Assembly: GCA_964016885.1 (NCBI GenBank)
Contig: OZ024744.1
Location: 93,682,001-93,746,000 of the forward strand
DNA length: 64,000 nucleotides
Origin: Eledone cirrhosa
Lineage: Eukaryota
Direction of reading: 5' to 3'
The stretch's first letter is position 1; each line of letters opens with the position of its first letter. The notes beneath the pieces are model-generated. The model did not search any database, was not told the DNA's origin, and worked only from the letters and a program-made list of their open reading frames with translations. Of the stretch, positions 1 to 13,460 are shown piece by piece. Both the position numbers and the translations under genes were made by a program.

Positions 1-1260
1 CAATGGCAAATGGAGTGAGATGGTTGGGTCATGTGTTGAGGAAGGGTGAAAGTGAGTGGGTGAGGGGAAGGATTGAAATAGGAGCCAATGGCAAATGGAG
101 TGAGATGGTTGGGTCATGTGTTGAGGAAGGGTGAAAGTGACTGGGTGAGAGGAAGGATTGAAATAGGAGCCAATGGCAAATGGAGTGAGATGGTTGGGTC
201 ATGTGTTGAGGAAGGGTGAAAGTGTCTGGGTGAGAGGAAGGATTGAAATAGGAGCCAATGGCAAATGGAGTGAGATGGTTGGGTCATGTGTTGAGGAAGG
301 ATGAAAGTGAGTGGGTGAGGGGAAGGATTGAAATAGGAGCCAATGGCAAATGGAGTGAGATGGTTGGGTCATGTGTTGAGGAAGGGTGAAAGTGAGTGGG
401 TGAGAGGAAGGATTGAAATAGGAGCCAATGGCAAATGGAGTGAGATGGTTGGGTCATGTGTTGAGGAAGGGTGAAAGTGAGTGGGTGAGGGGAAGGATTG
501 AAATAGGAGCCAATGGCAAATGGAGTGAGATGGTTGGGTCATGTGTTGAGGAAGGATGAAAGTGAGTGGGTGAGGGGAAGGATTGAAATAGGAGCCAATG
601 GCAAATGGAGTGAGATGGTTGGGTCATGTGTTGAGGAAGGATGAAAGTGAGTGGGTGAGAGGAAGGATTGAAATAGGAGCCAATGGCAAATGGAGTGAGA
701 TGGTTGGGTCATGTGTTGAGGAAGGGTGAAAGTGAGTGGGTGAGGGGAAGGATTGAAATAGGAGCCAATGGCAAATGGAGTGAGATGGTTGGGTCATGTG
801 TTGAGGAAGGATGAAAGTGAGTGGGTGAGGGGAAGGATTGAAATAGGAGCCAATGGCAAATGGAGTGAGATGGTTGGGTCATGTGTTGAGGAAGGATGAA
901 AGTGTCTGGGTGAGAGGAAGGATTGAAATAGGAGCCAATGGCAAATGGAGTGAGATGGTTGGGTCATGTGTTGAGGAAGGGTGAAAGTGAGTGGGTGAGG
1001 GGAAGGATTGAAATAGGAGCCAATGGCAAATGGAGTGAGATGGTTGGGTCATGTGTTGAGGAAGGGTGAAAGTGAGTGGGTGAGGGGAAGGATTGAAATA
1101 GGAGCCAATGGCAAATGGAGTGAGATGGTTAGGTCAGGTGTTGAGGAAGGATGAAAGTGTCTGGGTGAGATGTGTGATTTAAATAGGAGCCAATGATGGA
1201 TGCTGTGCAGAGAAATGGAGTGAGATGGTTGGGTCATGTGTTGAGGAAAGGTGGAAGTGA
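1..1260. repeat. 85-bp tandem repeat (~14 copies, runs off the window start) derived from an RTE-type LINE C-terminal coding fragment
   Basis: Unit caatggcaaatggagtgagatggttgggtcatgtgttgaggaag...ggagc recurs every 85 bp; + strand reads NGVRWLGHVLRKGESEWVR, resembling RLRWYGHVMRM..D.WVK in the RTE ORFs of this window. Confidence 0.9.
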
Positions 1261-1660
1261 CTGAGAGGAATAGAGCCAGTGATGAACTCCATTATGTAAT
1301 GATTTTTTTCCAATTTCCAACCGTTTTGAAGGCCATATTCTTTCAAAACATAAAATCAATAGAAAATATGAATTTCACTTTGAGTGTGTAATATTCAACT
1401 CCATAGTGAAACCTGTGTCATACTCACTTTCAAAGTGAAAATATTTTAGCACCTCATTTACATAGACTTTTGAAGTAGGTAAAAATTGGCAAAATGTTGA
1501 CCACAAATTTAATCCGACTCAACAATTTACCTTGATTTTTTTTTTTTTTCTTTCTTTCACACATTTCTCGGCTTACATACGTCTATATAGTGATTCCTTC
1601 TTGAATACACATGCATGAAGTTGTTATAGTAACCAATCTGCTTCATGCACATGCATTTCC

Positions 1661-1865
1661 TTAACCCTTTAGCATTTACATTATACTATTGTATTTTCAT
1701 GGTAAACACTTTATCTCACATAATTATCTCATATAATATCGAGCCTATGAGATTTTGATATTACTTATTTTGAGAACAATACCTTAACATCAGTATGAGT
1801 GGCCAGTTACAGGTAATTTGAACAGAAAGAGGTGAGAGAATTCTGGTCAGTTACAGCTGGTTTAA
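1661..1865. mobile_element. piggyBac-like MITE (partial); other copies near 8248-8320, 8652-8880, 11341-11566, 28126-28350 and a related one at 24303-24537
   Basis: TTAA followed by CCCTT; complete copies (11341-11566, 24303-24537) end AAGGG-TTAA; shared internal sequence. Confidence 0.65.
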
Positions 1866-2863
1866 TATGATATCTGTAATTATACAAAATCAGTTCTGTA
1901 TGAGCAAGACACAGTCATCTGATCTAACTTGTCTTACAATGGGACAACTCATCTAACCCATGTTAGTGTGGAAAAATGGACACTAAACAGTGATGATGAT
2001 AATGATGATGATGATGTTGCAAATTAAATTAATTTTTCAATTACTTTCGATATTTAATTCTATAATTTAAGAATTCTGATTTTGCCCTCATAGCTGTTTA
2101 TTATACTTCTGTCAGTTGTTGAGAATAACAGCTTCCCATATAGTTCTGATTAACGCTGGCAATGTACCCAGTGCACCCAGCCAACTCTGTAAAGTGGTTG
2201 TCCTGATGTCGCAATAAAATGCACCCTGCACACTCTGTAAAGTGGTAGTGCTGTTGCTACGATAAATTACAGTGTAAAGTAGAGGTGCTGGTGCCAAGAT
2301 AAAATGTATTCAGTAAAATCTGTAAAGAGGTTGGCATCCATCTATAGAAACTATTGTAAAATATAAATGTATCAGCAGGACATGGTCATCTGACCTACCT
2401 AGTCTTAGTTTGTGACAACCCATCCAACCTTTGCCAACGAGGAACATGTTTGTAATGATGGTGATGATGAGGAGGAAGTGAGTAATAAGTGTGGGATTGT
2501 CAAAGCTTAACAATGTTAGTATGTCAGCAATTATTTTTTAATAAACCTGTAACTTTCCTGGCCTTTACCTCACTAATCATTCTTGCATATACTAACCTCT
2601 ACAGCTAATCTCTCAATTGGTTCTATTAAAGGCAATGGGGTGAGACAAGGTTGTGTACTGTAACCACTGTTGTTTATTATCATCATCATCATCATCATTT
2701 AACGTCCATGTTTCCATGCTGGCATGGATTAGACAATTTATCCTGTTGTAAGCAATGCTAGGTGACCATGTTTTGCTCATACAGAACTGATTTTTGCTTG
2801 GTTTCTACAGCTGAATGCCCTTCTTAGTGCCAGCATCATTTACAGTGTGTATATATATATATA

Positions 2864-3302
2864 TCATCATCATCATCACTGTTTTACGTCTGTTCTTCCA
2901 TGCTAGCATGGGTTAGACGAGTTGTCCTGTTGTGTGCAGTGTCTGGTCGGCTGACCATGCCTTGCTCATACAGGAACTGATCTGGCTTGATTTCTACAGC
3001 TGGATGCCCTTCCTAACACCAACCTCATTTACAGTGAGTGCTGGGTGCTTTTTCGTGGCGCCTACATGTCCACTTTACTGTGTGGGCTGGGTGCTTTTTT
3101 GCCATGGCACCTCCACGACCACCTTGCGGTGGGGGGTGTGGGGGCATATTGTTTATATGCTTCAGCATGTACCCATGGGAGGTCGGGTACTCTGTATTAC
3201 TGCGTGATGCCAGAAGTCACGGTCGTGTGTCATTGTCTTTGAGAGGTGTAATTGGGTAAGGTCGGCTTTTATCACCTCATCCCAGGTCATCTTGGGTCTC
3301 CC

Positions 3303-3306
<4 letters not shown>
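2864..3306 (-). mobile_element. 5'-truncated RTE LINE 3' end (family of 35872-39203)
   Basis: Near-identical to the reverse complement of 38755-39200; (CAT)n tail; flanked by (TA)n. Confidence 0.9.
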
Positions 3307-3339
<33 letters not shown>

Positions 3340-3340
<1 letters not shown>

Positions 3341-3650
3341 CAGTAAAGATGCCAACATAGACCCAGGGCCCTAAATAAGCTCTTATTTACTGACAACTAT
3401 AACATCATGAATGAAAACAAGGAACAGTTATAAAGAGAGAGATTCTGAGACAACAGATGTGAATTAAGATCAGCACAGGGAAGACCATGGTTATGTCAGT
3501 AGGGTTTACTCTTGAAAATTTGAATATCACTTTCAACAAACAACTGCTGAAGAAAACTTCAGAGTTTACATACTTAGGGAGCATCAATGCAGAGAATGGG
3601 AAGCTGGGCAGAGAAATAGAGACTAGACTCCTGTTATCAATTAACACCTC
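3340..3650 (+). pseudogene. Decayed LINE reverse transcriptase fragment
   Basis: LNKLLFTDN (degenerate LLFADD) and EFTYLGSINAENGKLGREIETR (FxYLGS...EIxxR motif). Confidence 0.7.
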
Positions 3651-4716
3651 TCTTGAAGAACCCTACCACACCTATGGAGATCAATACCAGGAGATCAATC
3701 TTTGTCCCCATCCTCACCTACCAGTACCACACCTGTCTTAAAGAACCCTACCATACCTATGGAGATCAATACCAGGCTGATCATCTCAATCTTTGTCCCC
3801 ACCCTCACCTACCAGTACCACACCTGTCTTAAAGAACCCTACCATACCTATGGAGATCAATACCAGGAGATCAATCTTTGTCCCCACCCTCACCTACCAG
3901 TACCACACCTGTCTTAAAGAACCCTACCATACCTATGGAGATCAATACCAGGAGATCAATCTTTGACCCCATCCTCACCTACTAGTACCACACCTGTCTT
4001 AAAGAACCCTACCATACCTATGGAGATCAATACCAGGCTGATCACCTCAATCTTTGTCCCCATCCTCACCTACCTGTACCACACCTGTCTTAAAGAACCC
4101 TACCATACCTATGGAGATCAATACCAGGCTGATCACCTCAATCTTTGTCCCCACCCTCACCTACCAGTACCACACCTGTCTTAAAGAACCCTACCATACC
4201 TATGGAGATCAATACCAGGAGATCAATCTTTGTCCCCACCCTCACCTACCAGTACCACACCTGTCTTAAAGAACCCTACCATACCTATGGAGATCAATAC
4301 CAGGAGATCAATCTTTGACCCCATCCTCACCTACTAGTACCACACCTGTCTTAAAGAACCCTACCATACCTATGGAGATCAATACCAGGCTGATCACCTA
4401 AATCTTTGTCCCCATCCTCACCTACCTGTACCACACCTGTCTTAAAGAACCCTACCATACCTATGGAGATCAATACCAGGCTGATCACCTCAATCTTTGT
4501 CCCCATCCTCACCTACCTGTACCACACCTGTCTTAAAGAACCCTACCATACCTATGGAGATCAATACCAGGCTGATCATCTCAATCTTTGTCTCTGCCCT
4601 CACCTACCTGTACCACACCTGTCTTAAAGAACCCTACCATACCTATGGAGATCAATACCAGGCTGATCGCCTAAATCTTCGTCTCTGCCCTCACCTACCT
4701 GTACCACACCTGTGTT
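3650..4716. repeat. 85/91-bp tandem repeat (~12 copies) amplified from the adjacent LINE fragment
   Basis: Unit ccctaccatacctatggagatcaataccagg...cacctgtcttaaagaa at 3661, 3746, 3837...; reads SIFVPTLTYQYHT, like the LINE post-RT RPxLTYGxET motif. Confidence 0.85.
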
Positions 4717-4879
4717 AAAAAGAAACTCTTAACATTCCTGGGGACCAAAGTCAAGTTGATCGACTTAATCTTCACCCCTTTATAAAGGGTCTTTTAATTT
4801 GCACACCCACTTGTTATTTGACCGCGTTTGTTATCTAATTATAAATGAAATTTTAACATCCTGTTAACTGCTGCTTGTC

Positions 4880-7800
4880 TAGTTCTAAATCTAATACTGT
4901 GTAGTTCTAAATCTAATATTGTGTAGTTCTAAATCTAATACTGTGTAGTTCTAAATCTAATATTGTGTAGTTCTAAATCTAATACTGTGTAGTTCTAAGT
5001 CTAATACTGTGTAGTTCTAAATCTAATACTGTGTAATTCTAAATCTAATACTGTGTAGTTCTAAATCTAATGTGTAATTCTAAATCTAATATTGTCTAGT
5101 TCTAAATCTAATATTGTGTAGTTCTAAATCTAATGTGTAATTCTAAATCTAATATTGTGTAGTTCTAAATCTAATACTGTGTAGTTCTAAATCTAATATT
5201 GTGTAGTTCTAAATCTAATATTGTGTAGTTCTAAATCTAATATTGTGTAGTTCTAAATCTAATATTGTGTAGTTCTAAATCTAATATTGTGTAGTTCTAA
5301 ATCTAATATTGTGTAGTTCTAAATCTAATATTGTGTAGTTCTAAATCTAATATTGTGTAGTTCTAAATCTAATATTGTGTAGTTCTAAATCTAATATTGT
5401 GTAGTTCTAAATCTAATATTGTGTAGTTCTAAATCTAATACTGTGTAGTTCTAAATCTAATACTGTGTAGTTCTAAATCTAATATTGTGTAGTTCTAAAT
5501 CTAATATTGTGTAGTTCTAAATCTAATAGTGTAGTTCTAAATCTAATACTGTGTGGTTCTAAATCTAATACTGTGTAGTTCTAAATCTAATACTGTGTAG
5601 TTCTAAATCTAATACTGTGTAGTTCTAAATCTAATACTGTGTAGTTCTAAATCTAATACTGTGTAGTTCTAAATCTAATACTGTGTAGTTCTAAATCTAA
5701 TACTGTGTAGTTCTAAATCTAATACTGTGTAGTTCTAAATCTAACATGTAGTTCTAAATCTAATACTGTGTAGTTCTAAATCTAATACTGTGTAGTTCTA
5801 AATCTAATACTGTGTAGTTCTAAATCTAATATTGTGTAGTTCTAAATCTAATATTGTGTAGTTCTAAATCTAATATTGTGTAGTTCTAAATCTAATATTG
5901 TGTAGTTCTAAATCTAATACTGTGTAGTTCTAAATCTAATACTGTGTAGCTCTAAATCTGATACTGTGTAGTTCTAAATCTAATACTGTGTAGTTCTAAA
6001 TCTAATACTGTGTAGTTCTAAATCTAATACTGTGTAGTTCTAAATCTAATACTGTGTAGTTCTAAATCTAATACTGTGTAGTTCTAAATCTAATACTGTG
6101 TAGTTCTAAATCTAATACTGTGTAGTTCTAAATCTAATATTGTGTAGTTCTAAATCTAATACTGTGTAGTTATAAATTTAATACTGTGTAGTTATAAATC
6201 TAATACTGTGTAGTTATAAATCTAATACTGTGTAGTTATAAATCTAATACTGTGTAGTTATAAATCTAATATTGTGTAGTTCTAAATCTAATATTGTGTA
6301 GTTCTAAATCTAATATTGTGTAGTTCTAAATCTAATATTGTGTAGTTCTAAATCTAATATTGTGTAGTTCTAAATCTAATATTGTGTAGTTCTAAATCTA
6401 ATATTGTGTAGTTCTAAATCTAATATTGTGTAGTTCTAAATCTAATACTGTGTAGTTCTTAATCTAATACTGTGTAGTTCTTAATCTAATACTGTGTAGT
6501 TCTTAATCTATTACTGTGTAGTTCTTAATCTATTACTGTGTAGTTCTTAATCTATTACTGTGTAGTTCTTAATCTATTACTGTGTAGTTCTTAATCTAAT
6601 ACTGTGTAGTTCTTAATCTAATACTGTGTAGTTCTAAATCTAATACTGTGTAGTTCTAAATCTAATACTGTGTAGTTCTAAATCTAATACTGTGTAGTTC
6701 TAAATCTAATACTGTGTAGTTCTAAATCTAATACTGTGTAGTTCTAAATCTAATATTGTGTAGTTCTAAATCTAATATTGTGTAGTTCTAAATCTAATAT
6801 TGTGTAGTTCTAAATCTAATATTGTGTAGTTCTAAATCTAATATTGTGTAGTTCTAAATCTAATATTGTGTAGCTCTAAATCTAATATTGTGTAGCTCTA
6901 AATCTAATATTGTGTAGCTCTAAATCTAATATTGTGTAGCTCTAAATCTAATATTGTGTAGCTCTAAATCTAATATTGTGTAGCTCTAAATCTAATATTG
7001 TGTAGCTCTAAATCTAATATTGTGTAGCTCTAAATCTAATATTGTGTAGCTCTAAATCTAATATTGTGTAGCTCTAAATCTAATATTGTGTAGTTCTAAA
7101 TCTAATATTGTGTAGTTCTAAATCTAATATTGTGTAGTTCTAAATCTAATATTGTGTAGTTCTAAATCTAATATTGTGTAGTTCTAAATCTAATATTGTG
7201 TACTTCTAAATCTAATATTGTGTAGTTCTAAATCTAATATTGTGTAGTTCTAAATCTAATATTGTGTAGTTCTAAATCTAATATTGTGTAGTTCTAAATC
7301 TAATACTGTGTAGTTCTAAATCTAATACTGTGTAGTTCTAAATCTAATACTGTGTAGTTCTAAATCTAATACTGTGTAGTTCTAAATCTAATACTGTGTA
7401 GTTCTAAATCTAATACTGTGTAGTTCTAAATCTAATACTGTGTAGTTCTAAATCTAATACTGTGTAGTTCTAAATCTAATACTGTGTAGTTCTAAATCTA
7501 ATACTGTGTAGTTCTAAATCTAATACTGTGTAGTTCTAAATCTGATACTGTGTAGTTCTAAATCTAATATTGTGTAGTTCTAAATCTAATATTGTGTAGT
7601 TCTAAATCTAATATTGTGTAATTCTAAATCTAATACTGTGTAGTTCTAAATCTAATACTGTGTAGTTCTAAATCTAATAGTGTGTAGTTCTAAATCTAAT
7701 AGTGTGTAGTTCTAAATCTAATAGTGTGTAGTTCTAAATCTAATAGTGTGTGGTTTTAAATCTAACACTGTGTAGTTTTAAATCTAATATTGTGTAATTC

Positions 7801-7880
7801 TCAATCTAATATTGTGTAATTCTCAATCTAATATTGTGTAATTCTAAATCTAATATTGTGTAGTTCTAAATCTAATATTG
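4880..7880. repeat. 22-bp minisatellite (tagttctaaatctaatactgtg)n, ~3 kb, ~135 copies
   Basis: Direct inspection; point variants occur in contiguous blocks. Confidence 0.97.
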
Positions 7881-8389
7881 CACAGTAAGTTTCAAGGTTT
7901 GTGTCAAACACTATATATCATCCATACAGGATAAATAATGGTTAAAACTCTTAAAACATCTATAAAGGGTTTTAAATATCCCTTACATTACATTACAAAT
8001 ATTTATTAGACTCAGAGAACATCAAACAATGGAACATAGCAACTGCCTTTAAGAGTTTTAAAATTTCCTTGAAATAAACCATGTATTACATCAAAAGCTT
8101 GTGAAGCCCATGTGAATATCTTCTTTATATTAATTGTAAGGTTAAATAAGAAGAAAGTGCCATGAAAAAAAAGTGTTTAGTAATTTTGGCAGCTGTGTAG
8201 TATTATAAAATCCTGTCATATATAAACTTACTATTCATGATTTTCCTTTAACCCATTAGCATCTAAACCAGGCATATCTGGCCAGAATTCTCTCACCTCT
8301 TTCTGTTCAAACCATTTATTTTCAGTAGAGATAATAGTTAATAACTTCTTTCTGCTTCATTCTTACACTGGCTGATATTCTTTGGAACA

Positions 8390-8600
8390 CTCATCTTCAC
8401 TGCTAGATAGGTGACTATACACCAGGTCCGAACACTAAAAGAACCAAACTCTCACTGTCACTTCCTCCATCTTTCCCACTCTCCCCCATTTCTCACTATT
8501 TTGAGCAAATGGAGGCAAACATGCTGACTGTCCCGTGGCCCCAACGGTCAGAATAGAGAAGGTGTTTCCCTGCAGGATGGTAAAGGAGATGCGCTGGGTT
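8390..8600 (-). mobile_element. 3' fragment of a CRE-like (RLE endonuclease) non-LTR element
   Basis: Minus strand reads QRISFTILQGNTFSIL; homologous to 13461-13770. Confidence 0.55.
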
Positions 8601-8970
8601 ATGAAAATGATTCCATATGTGTGTGTATTCCATTATAAATTCTGGATCCTTTTAACCCTTTAGCATTTAAACCAGCCATATCCGGCCAGAATTCTCCCAC
8701 TTCTTTCTGTTCAAACTGGCTGTAATCAGCCGCTCATAGTGATGTTGAGGTATTGTTCTCAAAATAAATATCAAAATTTCATAGATTTAATATTATGTAA
8801 GATAATTATGCGAGGTAAAGCCTTTACCACAAAAATACAATAGTATATATATAGAGTAATGTGAATGATAAAAGGCTAAATAATGTTTATTATAGAATTT
8901 TTCTATTCACATTTTTTTCTTTATTTTAAGTTTTTGCCACTAAATGTTTTAAAATTCTTTTTCAGACTTT

Positions 8971-9012
8971 ATGATTAAAATTCGGCACATCAGCTTTAAT
9001 TTGTCTTTGTGA
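8971..9012 (+). promoter_or_regulatory. Putative uORF (MIKIRHISFNLSL*) in the VAMP7 5' UTR
   Basis: ATG at 8971, downstream of the ttcag acceptor (8965); TGA at 9010-9012, 2 nt before the main ATG. Confidence 0.45.
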
Positions 9013-9014
9013 CA

Positions 9015-9160
9015 ATGCCATTGTTTTACTCAGTTATTGCCAGGGGCACTACTGTCCTTGCACGATATGCTATGTGCACAGGTAACTTCACTGAAGTTAC
9101 AGAACAGATACTTGGTTGCATACCTCCAGAAGATGGGAAATTAACATATTCTCATGTCAA
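9015..9160 (+). CDS. VAMP7: VAMP7 coding exon 1 (longin domain start)
   Basis: MPLFYSVIARGTTVLARYAMCTGNFTEVTEQILGCIPPEDGKLTYSHV matches the VAMP7 N-terminus; acceptor ttcag at 8965, donor gtaagt at 9161. Confidence 0.96.
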
Positions 9161-9166
9161 GTAAGT

Positions 9167-10412
9167 AATAATAATAATGATTTCATTTATTGGCCACAAG
9201 GGCCGACATATAGGGGACTATACAAAAGACTGGGACAGTGGGGTTTTACATAAACGTGTAAACAATACAAATAACAATAACAAAGTAACAAGAAAAATAC
9301 AACAAGAAAAATTCCCCAATGGGGGGAGGGGGGATGACCACCCAGGGTTCACTCAGGTACCCCACCAATCCTGAATGACCCGACGCTTCGAGAGCACTCT
9401 AGAAGGGCACCCCTCTCCTCCTCAAATTTACCCACCTACAGGCGCATGATCAGAGTAGGTCCACTCACACGGGCCATTCTCGCCACATTCACCCACCTTT
9501 CAGCAAATGTACTGGGGGGGGCAGCACTTCTCTCTCCACCCTCACCTTCCTTTCCAGGTGAAACTTGAAGAAGTTGATGAGGGATTGGCCGAAGAGAAAC
9601 GTGTCTGTTTTCAGTCATTTCAACCTCGTCCACCATATAACCTCTTTCGCTACTGCCACCAGACAGAGGGAAATTGCCTGCCCTTCCTGGCCAAAAGAAG
9701 GCGGCGGGTCAATCTTCACTATGGGCTCGGCCGATAGCCGGATCCGTTCTAGACGCGACAACAGCTGTTCAATATAACTCCACAAATCAGTAATGCACGG
9801 ACACTGGACGAGTGCATGCAGAACGGTTTCGTCACTCTGCGCGCATCTTGGGCAGGTCCATCTGGCAGCACTTCCGTGCCTGTAGAGTTTATCTCGAACC
9901 AGCAGGGCCCCCCCAGTAGCACTGCCAAGCGAGGGATTTGGGGAAATTATCCATCGTCCCCGGCTCGAAAGCCCTCCAGTACAGACTGGTTAGTTCGACT
10001 TTGTCGACTCCCAGAGCCTCTCCGAGTGCGTCGTCGCACTTTCCACCACTAATCCTCTATAGAACTCGAGAGTGAAAGTTCCACTGACTGCATTCCCCGC
10101 CTGGTAGAGGGCAGTGAAGGCCTGGCAACATTCCAGATGCCAGTCACCCAGTCTTGGTCTCTTCTTGACTCAGGACTGCAGCTCAGTCAAAGAAACGAGC
10201 TGCGGAAAGGCCCGTCTGACAAACGGCGACCAGCGCGTGTCTGCGCATCATTAGCCACGGCATGCCCAGCCCTCCACGTAGAGGGTGCTGGCAGGAGATG
10301 GACCGCCTCACCAATGGAACCTGGCCCCTCCACAAGAATTTGAAGAGGAGCCGTTCCAAGTTGGCGAGGCACGAACGGGGGCAAGGGACGACGGTCAGGC
10401 GGTAGTAGATGA
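9167..10412 (-). mobile_element. 5'-truncated, internally deleted Tx1/L1-clade element, antisense in a VAMP7 intron
   Basis: YYRLTVVPCP...GGLGMPWLMMRRHAL and ERWVNVARMARVSGP match the ORF2 C-terminus at 53045-54973; minus strand ends AATAAA-tgaaatc-(ATT)n. Confidence 0.9.
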
Positions 10413-11874
10413 CTTTTGGCACAAGGCCAGCAATTACTCCTGTGTATTACTGGTACTTTAATTATTTCTACTTTTGGCACAAGGCCAGCAATTACCCCAG
10501 TGTATTACTGGTACTTTAGTTTATCAACCCAGAACAGCAAATTGATAGGAAGGGGGAAAGTCGATAATATCTACCCTAGTATTTAACTGGTACTTTATTT
10601 TATCAACCCAGAACAGGAAATTGAAGGGAAGGAGAAAGTCAGTTAAATCTACCCCAGTACTTAACTGGTACTTTATTTTATCAACCTGGAAATATGAAAG
10701 TTTTGCAGTATTAGAGTAGAGACTATGATTTTTAATGTAATTTAGTCATAGAGCTCTACTGTATTTTTCAAGACTGTCCTGTTAATGTGGTTTCATTTGG
10801 TAGAGGACTTTAAGATTTTTAAATGATACAAGTAGCACATAATACTCATCTTGTCAGCAGGCCTGTTTTGTTAAAATCATAAATGTACAGCATAAGGACA
10901 AGAACTTTAATTTTTAATGTGATGTATTGGTACTTAGTGCTGCTTGGTACCTTTCAAGAATATCTTGCAAATACAGTTTTATGGGATACAGAACTTTAAG
11001 AGTTTCCGCATATACTCGAATATAAGCTGAGGAATATGTGACCCCAAAAAATCAATGGTAGAAGTAAGGAGTCGGTTTATATCCAGGGTCAATATTTTGA
11101 CGATTTTCACCAACTTTATATTCTACTTAAATAAGGTTTGGAATTTTTGCCTATTTCTCAGACATAAAATAGTTGAGTTGGCTTATATTTGTCTCTGCTT
11201 ATGTTCATGAATATACAGTAACTGTTTTAATGTTTTTCTCCTTTTCAAATATATATATATATGGCCGGCCAAAAGTCACTTCTTACCTATTTCTATTGAT
11301 AAAACATTACAAATTAACTCAAAACTAATTTTTTTTACCTTTAACCCTTTATCATTTAAACCGACCATATCTGGCTAGAATTCTCTCACCTCTTTCTGTT
11401 CAAACTGGTTGTAACTGGCTGCTCATACCTACATTAAGGTATTGTTCTCAAAATAAATAACATGAAAATCTCATAGATTTGATGTTATGCGAGATAATTA
11501 TGTAAGGTAAAGCCTTTAACGTGAAAATATAATAGTATATAGAGTAATGTAAATGCTAAGGGTTAAATTAAATTTCATAATTGGACCTTGTTTTTATTAA
11601 ATTTTAATCTGAAAGAAAAAAATTAAATAGAAAATATGAGTGGAACAGCAACATCACAACTTACAATTAAGGACAAAATGAAAACACACACACACATAGA
11701 ACAAACAACCAACCAACAACATGTAAATAAATAAACAAATAGATAAATGAACACAAACACACACAGACACCCGGATGTGGCGCATGCGCAAACTGAGCAC
11801 ACAACACACACACAGAAACAAAATGGCGTAGGACAGAAGAAAGGAAAGGCACAGAAACAAAGAAAGGAATCCCC

Positions 11875-11919
11875 AGTCACTGAAGAGGTCACAGAGTGTG
11901 TGACGAAAGGACTATGACT
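11875..11919 (+). ncRNA. Minimal type I hammerhead ribozyme in a ~450-bp non-coding insert (~11620-12085)
   Basis: agtca-CTGAAGA-g-gtcaca(gagtg)tgtgac-GAAA-ggac-TA-tgact: 5-bp stem I, 6-bp stem II, full core, one extra G after A9. Confidence 0.8.
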
Positions 11920-12252
11920 ATATATAAACAACTATCTGGTTGTGGAACCAACCAACCAACCAGAAATTTATAAGTTTGTAGATTTGTAAATTTATAAATT
12001 TATAAATATATAATAAATTGAAGTGAAAGCAACTGGTGCGTGTGTTTCTTATTGGCAACATGACCCTCCCAAAGTATAAAAAAAAAATATATTTTAATAA
12101 TAAAAAAATTATGAATTTTTTTTTTTATCGGAAGTGACTTTTGGTATATTCTGAGTAACTGTTTGAATTTTGTTTTGTTTGTTTTTGTTTATCACTTTTA
12201 TTGATATTCTTATATCAAATGTTTTTTTTTTTCTTCTTTTTCTTTAATCCAG

Positions 12253-12310
12253 CTATCTCTTCCACTACATTTCAGAAGACCATATTATATATCTTTGTAT
12301 AACAGATGAT
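12253..12310 (+). CDS. VAMP7: VAMP7 coding exon 2
   Basis: (N)YLFHYISEDHIIYLCITDD; ccag acceptor, gtaagt donor; phase consistent. Confidence 0.96.
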
Positions 12311-13460
12311 GTAAGTAAATTTTGTAGAGTGATTTCAATATCTATAAATATGTTTAACTTTTTTTTTCTTTTGTACATAAACTTCCTTGACACTTAAAAT
12401 CTGGGAATGATTTAGCAGAAAATATAGTATCTTTAGTATATTTACTAGTGGACAGATTGTTGTGAAAACTTTCAGTATTATCTTTTAAAATCCTGAAATG
12501 ATTTAGCAGAAAATACCTAAACAATAGGTTTGTTAATTTAAATATTTATAGTTTAAATGTTTATAGATTGATGTGAAAATGTGCAGTATTATCTCTTTAT
12601 TTGATATTCTGTAAGGATTGACTGGAAAATATTTAAAAATAGATTTGTTAATTCAAACGGGGTTGGAGTTTGTACTATTGTTGTTATTACCGGTTTGACA
12701 ATGACAACAACAATAGTACACACTCCAACCTTTTTTATTATAATCCTCTGATAAAGGGTTTTAGACCCCAAATATTAGGACAGGTAAATAAAATAACAGG
12801 TAATACACCAACATTTTTGTTGTTTTCAATTTATTCCAAAATCTACCATCCATTTTGTATTGTCATAACCTTCAAATAACATACTGATTTATATGAATGT
12901 GTTTTACACATGTACATCAGTATGAAGATTTGTCTTTTTCATCATCAAGTATATTGGCTTTTAGAAATCATATCCACTGTAGCAATCATTGACTTCTCTA
13001 AAATTACTTATCGGACCAGTTAGCTAAATGACAGTCTTAAGCCTAGCTGCAAAAGGAGGAGAGTGGTTGCCCTGCTGAGGTAACTAGAATCAGGAAAATG
13101 GGGATATTTTCTTCTTTAACTGGTTTCTGTATCTGAAATGCACATGCGTGAAGTCGTTAAAGTAGCCAATCTGCTTCATGCATTTCCGTAAAATAGTGAT
13201 TTGTACTTAAGAATTTCTCTATAGCAATATGATATCTGTAATTATACAAAATCAGTTCTGTATGAGCAAGACACAGTCATCTGATCTGACTTGTCTCACA
13301 ATGGGACAACTCATCTAACCCATGTTAGTGTGGAAAAATGGACACTAAACAGTGATGGTGATGATGCTGATACAAATTAAATTACACATCTAATTTGTTT
13401 CTGTTTTGTACTGACTTCATTATGAATTTCTCAATTACTTTCAATATTTGATTCTACAAT

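Noticed and set aside
1-7880. CRISPR-like arrays
   Set aside because: Head-to-tail repeats without unique spacers, no cas genes, eukaryotic context
1-8965. VAMP7 promoter or first exon
   Set aside because: No supportable candidate; the region is repeat-filled and probably part of the first intron
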